DNA of 64,000 bases from Proteromonas lacertae (taxonomy: Eukaryota), in the NCBI GenBank assembly GCA_002245135.1, contig NGBS01000882.1:124001-188000 (forward strand), read 5' to 3'. Shown piece by piece: positions 54,167 through 64,000 of this stretch. Under the pieces are notes generated by a model. It did no database searches and was not told the DNA's origin. It saw nothing but the letters and a program-made list of their open reading frames with translations. The stretch's first letter is position 1. The number at the start of each line of letters is the position of its first letter. The position numbers and the translations under genes were made by a program.

Positions 54167-55453
54167 ATGTTTAGCACTAATAGTTACGATCCACATTTAT
54201 ACAGCTCATATAGCAACCAAAACCCATATCCTGTCAAACCGTTACCTACAAATGGTAACTTATCACTTGCAACATATATTAACCATGGAGCACCGAATAT
54301 TACACATCCAACAAGAGAGGCTTCGTATGAAGACCAAATGTCAAACCAAATTGCCCAATATCGATCACGCTTAGATGAGCTATATAAAAAATATTATTAC
54401 CTCAATGAAAATGAATTTGTCAAAATGACACAACATTTGTCTAGTATGAATGACATAGCTCCACCACCAGATGTAGTACGTGAATACTTAAGGAGACAAC
54501 CTGGAAAACAAATTGTTGATTTCAAATATAAAAAAAATAATCCATTTGCAACTATCAAAAAGCCAGGGTACTTCCAAATGGATATAGTGTTTTTCTTACC
54601 TGATATGGAACATTTGTATTTTATCGAAATGAATTCAAGAAAAGTATGGGCAATATTTATGCCTAATAAATATGGTGATATTACATTGGATGCATTTCAG
54701 AAGTGGTATTATGAAACAGATGCTTATGGAAACAAAACACATAAAAATGTGGTAAGTATCCTATCAGATGCTGATGCTAGTTTTTCAAATATCAAGAAGT
54801 TATGTGATGCTGAAGGAATATCATATTTTCAAAAAGATAGTTCAGAGCATAAAATAGAGTCATTATTGGATAGATCAGTGAGTGTGTTAAAAAGATTGTT
54901 GTACAAACACTTGGTGGATCTGGGATATGATGCACCTACATATATGGCAGATATTGATCACAATGATAAGCATATTATACCAGATATGAATTATAAATTA
55001 AAACTCGATAGTATAATACAGGAAGTGATAGATGACTATAACAACAAGCCATTACCAGGAATTAAAGGATATACCCCAAATGAGGTATTCCATAGTCCAG
55101 AATTACAAAAACAAATATTACAAAAATCAATTAACTACAACTTAAAGAATTATGAAAAATTGGATCATACTGGTCAAAATTTCGAAGTAGGTGATTTGGT
55201 GAGATTCAAAGAGAGAAGACGTAAAATGGATAAGAACATATACTGGTCAGACAATGTATATAAGATAATCAAGAAAAATCGATATTCATACAATTTAGGT
55301 GATATCAATGGGAATGACATTCAAGGTTTTTCATTAATTCGATTCAAACACTATGAGTTGCAGTTAGTGAGAAAAGATGATGCACCAACCACATGGTTTA
55401 GAAAAATACTGGAGAGACCCAAGAGAAAGAAGGGAGACAAATCAATATTGTAA
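54167..55453 (+). CDS. Polinton/Maverick-type retroviral-like (rve) integrase
   Basis: GYFQMDIVF (D), ILSDADASF (D), LLDRSVSVLKRLL (third acid), YNNKP...GYTPNEV, and the C-terminal FEVGDLVR...WSDNVYKI...YNL.DING..I...FKHYELQLV module. Confidence 0.9.
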   Translation: MFSTNSYDPHLYSSYSNQNPYPVKPLPTNGNLSLATYINHGAPNITHPTREASYEDQMSNQIAQYRSRLDELYKKYYYLNENEFVKMTQHLSSMNDIAPPPDVVREYLRRQPGKQIVDFKYKKNNPFATIKKPGYFQMDIVFFLPDMEHLYFIEMNSRKVWAIFMPNKYGDITLDAFQKWYYETDAYGNKTHKNVVSILSDADASFSNIKKLCDAEGISYFQKDSSEHKIESLLDRSVSVLKRLLYKHLVDLGYDAPTYMADIDHNDKHIIPDMNYKLKLDSIIQEVIDDYNNKPLPGIKGYTPNEVFHSPELQKQILQKSINYNLKNYEKLDHTGQNFEVGDLVRFKERRRKMDKNIYWSDNVYKIIKKNRYSYNLGDINGNDIQGFSLIRFKHYELQLVRKDDAPTTWFRKILERPKRKKGDKSIL

Positions 55454-55504
55454 CGAATAAATTTTTATTATGCTATATATTGTATATGTTGTTTTATTAT
55501 TATT

Positions 55505-55694
55505 GGGCATTGGATAGACTAGCTACGATGAGGGCTGCGTTTCTAATTTATAATTATTTATTTATTTATTAAATTAATTTCACAAGGAATTTATGGAAGT
55601 TTAATAATTTCTACTTGGATGTGTTGTTTAATATTGCGCCATTGAAATTCGGCTTGAATCATCCTGGCACGGTATATCTAAATGCCCTTTTTTT
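55505..55694 (+). ncRNA. Putative Pol III small RNA 1 (~185 nt, VA-RNA-like), viral
   Basis: GGGCATT/AATGCCC terminal stem extended by GCTA/TGGC, GATGA/TCATC and GGCTG/CGGCT pairings; ends in T7; no internal TTTT. Confidence 0.6.
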
Positions 55695-55701
55695 ATTTAA
55701 T

Positions 55702-55795
55702 TGGGATCTGATAGACTGTGCAAGGAAAAAAGAGTCATGCAGCTGGCATTAGTGGTTCGATTCCTAGCACAGACTATTAGTAATCCCATTTTTTT
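55702..55795 (+). ncRNA. Putative Pol III small RNA 2 (~90 nt, VA/vault-like hairpin), viral
   Basis: Stems TGGGAT/ATCCCA, CTGATAG/CTATTAG, CTGTGC/GCACAG, AGGAA/TTCCT; consensus B box GGTTCGATTCC at 55754-55764; ends in T7. Confidence 0.75.
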
Positions 55796-55854
55796 AATTT
55801 CTTTTTTTAAATATTTTATTATACATATACATATAGTATATTCTATTTTTATAT

Positions 55855-56265
55855 ATGCTTACACTACCACCACAGATTGAATATAAATTACCAGAACTTG
55901 AATCCAAGGTAACAAAGAAATATCATTTAAGTGGTCCAGACATATACTTGGATTTGTATAGCCTACAATTCCTTATATTTTTTTATCATCGAAAACCTAT
56001 ATATCAATGGTATTTTGAGTTAACACACAAAATGATTAACATGATCATGAGTCAACGTTTGATATTAGTGTTTGTAGGTCCTTGTGACTTAGGAAATAGA
56101 GATTATCCGAAAGTTACATATACACCAACAATGAAAAAAGTAATCATTAGAATGCCACAAAGATGTTTTAATGGTAAGATGCCAATATTCTTCAAATGTA
56201 CTCATATGGATACAGAGATGATAAATATATTGAAACTCATACAATATTTCACCACACATAAATAA
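55855..56265 (+). CDS. Viral hypothetical protein (136 aa)
   Basis: Intact ATG-TAA ORF flanked by AT-rich spacers. Confidence 0.6.
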   Translation: MLTLPPQIEYKLPELESKVTKKYHLSGPDIYLDLYSLQFLIFFYHRKPIYQWYFELTHKMINMIMSQRLILVFVGPCDLGNRDYPKVTYTPTMKKVIIRMPQRCFNGKMPIFFKCTHMDTEMINILKLIQYFTTHK

Positions 56266-56296
56266 AAAAAATAATTAAGTAATAATTATATATATA

Positions 56297-56800
56297 TTAT
56301 ATTAATCCAAATTGTTTTTTCATTAACCTAATTTTTGCTTCACCCACTATTGTATTATAGTCAGTAGCCTTTTTGAAACTACACTGATCTCTTAAAATAT
56401 TTTTCAAAAAATTAATAGCAAAAAAACCACAGTTGGCAGTATTTGAATTTTGGATTCTGTACTCCATTGATTTTAAGTTCATACTTTTCATTATGATACT
56501 TCTTTAATTTTTTCAAATTTTTTTTAAATTCTTCCAAGTGTTGAGGATCTTCACCAAATGAATCATAGTACAGGAATTGCTTTCTTGATATTGTCAACTA
56601 CTAAAGCAACCCAATGACCTATAGAATCAGGGCTAGCTTGTGTGGTGAGTGTATTGATTATGATTCCCCATTGATTCTTCTTTTTGGGTATAGGAAGTAC
56701 AAGCTCGTCCCAGCAGAACACTCCCATGAACTTTCCATGGAAATTATTGAACTCATTTTTCACAATTAACTCTATATCAAAATTCGATAAGGCATCTGAA
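56297..56800 (-). CDS. Adenain-like (clan CE) cysteine maturation protease domain; two indels
   Basis: LSNFDIE...FMGVFCWDEL...IIINT...GHWVAL (His), YYDSFG (Asp), IQNSNTANCGFFAINFL (Gln, Cys) across three frames. Confidence 0.88.
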
Positions 56801-59383
56801 GTGATACTGTTATACAAAACTTTCCTACGTGAAATTAATTTCTTTACTTTTTTATTATTTCCATTACCTATTCCAAAGTAACTCATAGCTTCACTGAGTT
56901 GTTTTGCTTGATCTAAATTACTCACTGCTCTACCAAAATTAGTGAGTGAACTTGGAATTGTTTGCTGTGAACGTTTCACGTAGTTATCCATTTTGATTGC
57001 ATTCTTGTGTTGATATGGTGTTGGTTTTAACCAGTTTAATAAACCACCTGCATCTAGCAAACCAAAACAAGCAGTCAATGCACTGAATACTGTTCCTATA
57101 CCTGCAACAGTTTGTAATGTACCTGTTGGATCAGCTGCAACAGCAGTTTTTGCCATTGATGGCATAGCTTTTGATAATTCACTGATACCTTTAACTGCTG
57201 CTGCAGCAGTTGTTGCATCACCTCCATTTGCAGCTGCAGCTACAGTTGCTGCTGTTTTTAATGTATCACCTACATTTTTTGCATCTATATTTCCAATATT
57301 AGAAAATTTGTAGAAGAATGGAACTAATTGAAATAAGTATCGAACATATGGATGAGTATTGAACATAAATGAAACACCAAAGTTATACAACAAGTCTACA
57401 GGTAACCATGATTTTTGAATTGCTTCAGGTAACATTGACTTAACTTTTTCTGAATTACCATAATACAAATCAGTGATAGCAGGTAATCTACCACCTGACA
57501 GCATACGAATTATTTCATAGTAGTCGAAAATGAAGTACCACATTACATACAAGAACCCTGATGTTGGTAGTTTAGATTTTTTCCATAACCAATAAGCCTA
57601 AACATGTCATTACTATTGCACGAACATATTTCATTGCATGATCTACTTCAAACATTTGAGGAGTAACTCCACCTACCAAATATGACTTCATTGTATAGTA
57701 TATTTGTGGAAATATCCTAAATACATTCTCTACACACAGGAACAAATTACCAGCAAAACCCATAAAATCAGATTCACGTAATGAATCAAGTGCTTTTTGA
57801 AATTGTGAATTTTCAAATTGTGCCCATGAACTACAAGCAGTTTTCACTAAACCAATAGCTATTTCATATTTTTGTTTATTATCTGCATTCACCCACTCTT
57901 GAGGAAGTGAGTGACCTAACTTCTCTCTGTTATAATCAAAGTTAATGAAATCTCTACTATTCTGTGATGCTATTTCATTCAGTTCTCTATATTTATCTTC
58001 ATTAATTAATGTACACTGTCCTTCACCCATATCTATAGCACTATTCATCAGTTCTTGATTTTTTGGATCTAATGCCCATCTATAAAATTTTGATCTTTCT
58101 AATATCTCTGGATCATCCATATATCTTTGTGCCTTTTGATTATTCAATGCAATATATTCTTTTACTTTTTCAGCTCGATTCGGATCAAAATTATATGGAT
58201 CTGAATATTGATTGATCTTACTTACTCCATCAACTAATTCATTTTGCAAATACTCCTGCTGTAGTAATAGTTTGTTATAATATTCTATTGCATCTTTATC
58301 ATTACCTGTTAATTTATCCCAAGTTGAGGTCAACCAATCTTGTCTATAATTTTTATAGGCTGCTAATTGAGGATTCTTTTCTATAATCTCTTGTAATGAT
58401 TTATAATTTTGTAATTTAGGAAATTTTTGTAACAAAGGATCTGTAACTCTATTCATTCCATTATCATATGCCTGAACATCTGCTTCTGTAACATATTCAG
58501 GCCAATTCAAAAGATAGCTTCTTGGATTAGATGTATCTAATGTTGCTAATGGGAATGTTCCTCTTAAATGTCCTTTTTTATGTTCACGATCTAGCATATC
58601 ATAAAAATTAATATGATAATTGTTAGGCAACAAAGAAGCATAATTATTAGTTAAAGCATATTGAACTTCTTTTCGAGCTTGTCTATTCAAACCTGGACTA
58701 AATAATTTATCATAATTCCAATTATAATCATATCCTACAGTTTCTTTTGGTATATATGGTTGAATATATTCTGGTATTTGACTTGGCTGTAATTGTGATG
58801 TTCCATTATAAGCAGCACTAGCAGCATCATACATTTGTTGTCTTGGATTAGTAATAATGACATGCTCATTAGGACCAACACTTTGACCCACTCTTAATGG
58901 TATAATACCACTATTACCACCTAATTTCTTAGTAGCCAAGAGATGCCTCCGTGGGATACTCTCTAATTTTAGTTTATTTCTTCTGTGATGTTTCTTATGT
59001 TTGAAATGAACATGTTTTCTTCTACCTGAACCTGTCTTTGGATATCCATCTAAAGACATACCAAATAAACCATAATTTACTTTTGGCCATAAATGATATT
59101 CACTACCCATACCATTAATTAAATTACACACATCTGATCGTGCTTCTGGAACACTACGACCACATTGATATTTGAAATAATGTAAGTAATCTGCCAATTG
59201 ATCTATTGTTCCACCATAGCTGGAATACTTTGATATAATATCTAATGGCAATCCTACATTTTTACATACATTTTCTAAATCTTGTTTTGTATTATTCATA
59301 ACCATTTGCTTAACTGATTCATAATCATATTGATTAATCAAAAATGGTTGTAATTTTTCCATAATAGCATCTACATTATATCT

Positions 59384-59425
<42 letters not shown>

Positions 59426-60802
59426 GTTGTTGTATTGGTTGTGTGTTATTTTGCAATGTTGGCTGGGCTGCTGCCGCCGTGGCGGCAGCAGCACCTGCCA
59501 TCATTCCGGCGTAACTTGCAGCATTTGAACTTTGATTATTATAACCTGCCCCAGTTGCAGGTATTGAAGTTGTATTATTAGAACTGGCCCAGTTGTAGTA
59601 CTATTAGTTGTATTATTATAACTGGGAGCAGTTGTAACATTCGATGCTTGAATATTTGAAGTAGCCGGCGCACTCGTCGAATTTGTTGTTGTAGGAGTAG
59701 CACCAAATATACCTCTGAACCAATTGTATATATTACTTAGTGATGTAGTAAAGAAACCCATTATACTATCTAACTTAGAATGAATCCATTGTGACATATC
59801 CATTGGAGGAACTTGTTTCCAACGATTATATACCAAACTGACAAAATTAGGAGTTAACATTGACACAAAAGATGCTGCATTAACCCATGCTGGGGATAAA
59901 CCAAATATCCATTGCATAACACCACTATATCCTATTCCTGCATTTACTAAATACTTTAATATTGCACCAACTGTACTATCAGGAAATAGTATATCAAACA
60001 CTTGTGAAATAGAACCTAATGTCATAGTACATAAGCAGAACTTCACACCAAATTTCAACCAATCGTATGTTGTATTACCTGAGAAATATTTATCAATTTT
60101 TGAAATTAATGACTCTTTTTCTCTTTCTTCCATTGTTGCTATCTTTCTCTGATATTCTTCATTCCTTGCTTTCACTATTTCATTTTCTTGTTGTAATTCA
60201 TACTCGTGATCTTTTTGTGTTGTACCAGCATTATTATTCCATCTTGGATTGGATTGATATGAATTTACATTGTACTGTGATCCCCATTGTTGTAATGGCT
60301 GTCCTTCAATTTGAGATAAAAATGGATTTTGCCATTGATATGTTAAATTCTCTGGTTGAGCATAATAATCTGAGTATGGCTTGTTATACTTACCTATGTT
60401 CCTATAATATCGTCCAAACTGATCTGTGATGCCTGACATATATAATTTGTATTTCATCTCATCAGTCATGAAATTGTTTTTTGTTGCGTTTATATTTGGA
60501 TTAACAGGCTTTGATAATTCCTCTATATCATCCTCATCTCCTATAGTATCATAAAATTTATTGAAACTAGATTTAGGATCATAGATGTCTAATCCATATG
60601 TACCATTGCCTTTGTCAACAATGGCTGTTGGGTTAGCCATGTGACTGAGATCTAGTTTTATTTTTTTGTTATCTTTCACCTTGTTGTAGATGATCTTTTT
60701 CAATTTTCTCTTAAGTGCATTATGATACACAGAGGGATTCTCAAAATCAATTGCTTCTTCTTTTGGTGATGATTGTTGCTTATGCTTTCGTTTAACACCC
60801 AT
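56297..60802 (-). CDS. Probable ~1,500-aa viral polyprotein ending in the protease
   Basis: ORFs of 433, 640 and 329 aa and the protease pieces join with single-base corrections (~59588, ~59424, ~57575, ~56580, ~56459); no AT-rich intergenic spacers between them. Confidence 0.55.
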
Positions 60803-60880
60803 AAAATATATAAAAACAATATAAAAAATAGAGAAACAATACTATTAGAAATATAGCCGTTATTGATATTATAGATGATA

Positions 60881-61892
60881 TTAACTTTTCTTTCGTTCTA
60901 CAGATTGCCATCCATCATCATCAAAATCAGAATCAAATTCACCATTTTCTTCTTGTTCTTGTTCTTGTTCTTCTTCAAAATCAGATTTAAATTCATCATC
61001 ATCTTCTTCTTCTTTTGGTTTATTAAATTCAATATCTTCATTTTCATCATCATCATCATCTGGCTTTCCATTTGCAATCCATTCTTCATATTGTTTAATA
61101 TTTTGAGCTTCTTCCCACAACTCTTTTATTTTAGTTTTCTGAGCTTCTGTAAAGTCATATTCATCAAATATTTGGTCTATTTGCTTCTTTAGTAAAATTT
61201 TTAACATCGTCAATAGTAATTTCATCATCATTATCATTATCATCATCACCTTTATCATCTTTAACATCAGTTGACGGCTGTACTTTAATATCTGTTTCTG
61301 CTTTAGGAGTAATCAATTTATTCAACTTCTACTATTATATATAAATTAACATGAATTTTATACCATATTGTTGCATTTGTGACATCTTGATTTGGTTAAT
61401 TGGATTACTCATATACTCACCCATCTGCATCCTAGTCTTTGCACTTGCTTGAGCCATTTCATTGTAATTAGGTCTATTCATATTCACATACATGTTAGGA
61501 CCAAACAAATGCTGATCATCAATCTCTCTTAAACTATTAGCAAGTGGTATAGCCATTGCATTACCTTCATGTAATGATGTAGATAACATAGAATCGATTG
61601 CATTCTGTCTCTCTAAAAATTTTTGCTCATCATTCAATTTACGAATATCACCTTCATTAGGAGGAGTGTCTTTAGAATTTATCTTAGTAATCTCATCTTT
61701 TATTTCATTTAAACGACTGTTTCTCATATCCACTAAATCTTTCGCATTTTCTCTATAAAAATTATTATATAAACTCTGATAATATTTGTCATGTCCTTTA
61801 TATCCTTCACCTCTCCGTATCTTCTTCCTTTTGCCTTTGCCTCTCATCCGAGCAAACACAGCAAGCAGTATTTTCTTATTTAGTTTTTTCAT
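60881..61892 (-). CDS. Viral protein with basic N-terminus and very acidic C-terminus; probably one gene split by indels
   Basis: RMRGKGKRKKIRRGEG at the start of ORF 61335-61892; D/E-rich ORF 60881-61267 follows closely on the same strand. Confidence 0.5.
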
Positions 61893-61961
61893 AATAACTT
61901 AATAGAAAATAAATAAACAATTTAATTATAATAATAATGTGTAATATAAGTATTATTAATA

Positions 61962-62579
61962 TTATTGAACATAAACAGGCTCGATAGGCTCGCCTTGTAT
62001 TTCTCTACCTGCAATATCATTACCTAATGGTTTATCTTCTTCTTCTGGTTCTGGTTCTTTTACTTTCTCTATTTTCTCTTTCTTTGGATTTGAACTCTTT
62101 TCTAATTTCTTCATATATTTGCCTAATTGATCTCTGGTTTCTTTCAAAGCTATTTGTAATTCAGCTTTTGTCATACGACTAGGAGGAGGTAATGATGAGT
62201 CCCTATCCTTTTTACTATTTTTTCTACCACCACCACGTTTGGACTTAGGCTCGTCTAAAGCATTTGATTTTTGTTTCTTACTAGATCTTCTTTTGGATCT
62301 CTCATGTGATCTTGATCTTGATCTGGATTTATGGGAGTGTTTTTTACCTTTTATTGATTTTTTATGAGATGATGATCCATCATTCTGTAATATATTGTAT
62401 ATATCCTTTGGAGAGAATTGTGATAGTAATTCATTGATCATAGCATCACTTGGTTCAGCTTCTGTGATTTTTGGTTTGGACATCTTGGAATCATTTTCAT
62501 TTATTGACTCTACTTCACTATCAGACTCATCAGTAGAACTATCATCACTCACATATTCAGTTGATTCAGTATCACTCAT
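61962..62579 (-). CDS. Viral hypothetical protein, acidic N-terminus with RS/K-rich centre
   Basis: Intact 205-aa ORF, SRSRSRSHERSKRRSSKK. Confidence 0.65.
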   Translation of the reverse strand: MSDTESTEYVSDDSSTDESDSEVESINENDSKMSKPKITEAEPSDAMINELLSQFSPKDIYNILQNDGSSSHKKSIKGKKHSHKSRSRSRSHERSKRRSSKKQKSNALDEPKSKRGGGRKNSKKDRDSSLPPPSRMTKAELQIALKETRDQLGKYMKKLEKSSNPKKEKIEKVKEPEPEEEDKPLGNDIAGREIQGEPIEPVYVQ

Positions 62580-62669
62580 TATTTATTTCTATGTTATGAA
62601 AAATAAAATTAACAAAAGAAACAATGAAAATAATAATATAAGTATTATTAGCATTATTAAAAGTCAAGC

Positions 62670-62962
62670 TTACATTCGAGCCACCTTTGATTTTAAATAT
62701 GCATTCAATAATGCTTGTTGATTACTACCACCTCCATTGAATGGTAATCTACCTCTTCCTGACCTACGTCTTCTACGACCAAATCCCATTGTTGATAATC
62801 CATCTGCGATATCATTCTTTCCAAATTCCCTAGCTATTTTGGATGTTATTTTATGATCCTTTCCCAGTTAAATGCTTTGGAACCCCAATTTTTTAACTTA
62901 CCCCAGAAAGAACCACCCCTTCTTCCATAAACGCATCTACGTCTTCTACCACCTTTTGGCAT
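62670..62962 (-). CDS. Small Arg-rich core-like viral protein; indels, missed by ORF track
   Basis: MPKGGRRRR...GGSFWGKLK...DHKITSKIAREFGKNDIADGLSTMGFGRRRRRSGRGRLPF...KVARM-stop. Confidence 0.65.
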
Positions 62963-63021
62963 TATGTTATTTCGAATGAAAATAAAGAAATACGATTAAA
63001 ATAGAAAAAAATAAAATTAGA

Positions 63022-63525
63022 CTAGAAAACTCTAATCTTATTGTCAATATATCGATTATCGAGACTATTACTACTTTTACGTCTTTTACCAGAACCAGTC
63101 TTTTTCTTTGCTAACAAAAATTTCGGTATAGTACTTGGACCACCTTTCGTCCAATTCTTTACAGCAAATGGATTAGCCATTCCACCATTTTTTAAATAGG
63201 GCATGCTGCCTGGACCACCAGTAATTACATTTTTTAATTCCTTTGGTACTCTATTGACACCTAATTTTTTAATTTTATTCCAAAAAGAACCACCACTTAT
63301 ACCACCATCATAATTCCATTCTGCTTGCCCACCTCTTCTTCTACGTTTTCTACCATATCCTACATTGGATACAACATTACCTAAGGCTGGACCTACACCT
63401 GGGATTAAACTAGCTGCTGTTGATAAAATTTTTGTTTTCTTAAAGAAATTCTTTACTCCATCCCAGAACTTGCCTTTACCTATGATATACTTACGATATT
63501 TCGCTTTTGAACTTCTTTTAACCAT
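63022..63525 (-). CDS. Basic core / membrane-lytic-like viral protein with Gly-x-Gly motifs
   Basis: GKGKFWDGVKNFFKKTKILSTAASLIPGVG...VGYGRKRRRRGG...GGSFWNKIKKLG...GSGKRRK. Confidence 0.7.
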   Translation of the reverse strand: MVKRSSKAKYRKYIIGKGKFWDGVKNFFKKTKILSTAASLIPGVGPALGNVVSNVGYGRKRRRRGGQAEWNYDGGISGGSFWNKIKKLGVNRVPKELKNVITGGPGSMPYLKNGGMANPFAVKNWTKGGPSTIPKFLLAKKKTGSGKRRKSSNSLDNRYIDNKIRVF

Positions 63526-63599
63526 AATTTGAGATAATTATATTTTTGAGTGATAATATAGTCAATAATATCAATATTGTCATTATAGCCGTTTTTAAT

Positions 63600-63959
63600 A
63601 TGTCAGCTGGTCCAATACCTCAAATAACTTTTAATAGTGGTGTTGCATATCAACAAGATGGTCAACACCCTCAATATCTACCACAGCCACAACCGAATCA
63701 ACAATCGCAACAATCGGTACAAAATGATCAACAAGCTCAAGTACTGAAAACACTCGAAACATTACCTCCAGAGGCACAACAGATGTTAAAGAGTATTAAT
63801 CCATGGACATTCAAGGAAGCACAAGCTATATTAAATAAATTGACAGATGAAGTGTTAATGGAGAGAAATCAAACACCAATACAACAACAACAGTCATACC
63901 CAGTACAGAATTTAACTCCTGTGCAATATGCTAGACAAAATATGACATTAATAGGTTAA
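63600..63959 (+). CDS. Gln/Pro-rich viral hypothetical protein
   Basis: ATG at 63600 (MSAGPIPQ), divergent from the 63525 gene. Confidence 0.55.
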   Translation: MSAGPIPQITFNSGVAYQQDGQHPQYLPQPQPNQQSQQSVQNDQQAQVLKTLETLPPEAQQMLKSINPWTFKEAQAILNKLTDEVLMERNQTPIQQQQSYPVQNLTPVQYARQNMTLIG

Positions 63960-64000
63960 TAATTAACATAATATCAATATTTGAAATATATTCGTTTCAT

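Larger units (their letters stand above)
52740..64000. mobile_element. Endogenous Polinton/Maverick-like virus (one arm; continues beyond the window)
   Basis: Abrupt switch to intron-less genes; rve integrase, adenain-type protease, Arg-rich proteins with Gly-x-Gly motifs; palindromes at the junction. Capsid, pPolB and packaging ATPase are not seen in the window. Confidence 0.85.

Noticed and set aside
55744..55770. tRNA gene suggested by GGTTCGATTCC
   Set aside because: No cloverleaf, anticodon arm or 7-bp acceptor geometry; the sequence folds as a long hairpin instead
59384..59433. (TTG)n tract as a separate repeat element or + strand Leu-rich peptide
   Set aside because: It is the polyQ codon run of the minus-strand viral ORF

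Overview
AT-rich eukaryotic genomic DNA with compact genes and very short (mostly ~25-50 nt) introns. The best inference is a stramenopile gut-type protist near Blastocystis/Proteromonas, based on a mastigoneme-type EGF protein, minor-spliceosome-type introns and bacterial-type genes. Bases 1-48 kb are host genes: biotin ligase end, thioester-less alpha-2-macroglobulin-like protein, tRNA-Met, F-box/LRR protein, SNF1/MARK-like kinase, a ~10 kb repeat-expanded mastigoneme-like gene, Ssz1/HSPA14, MFS transporter, IPC/SM synthase, GH89 NAGLU, PP4R3/SMEK, a Venus-flytrap-7TM-RGS-like receptor and a large coiled-coil protein. 48.3-50.4 kb is a nest of TGTTGT...ACA-ended foldback elements, one with a clean 6-bp target-site duplication, followed by a decayed HYDIN fragment. 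From ~52.74 kb to the window end lies an intron-less Polinton/Maverick-like endogenous virus with an rve integrase, an adenain-type protease at the end of a probable ~1,500-aa polyprotein, and Arg-rich core-like proteins. The most striking signal is two tandem, structured, oligo-T-terminated non-coding units just downstream of the viral integrase (55505-55694 and 55702-55795). They look like RNA polymerase III small RNAs analogous to adenovirus VA RNAs. Many single-base indels break ORFs and are probably assembly errors. Family assignments come from recalled motifs, not database searches.
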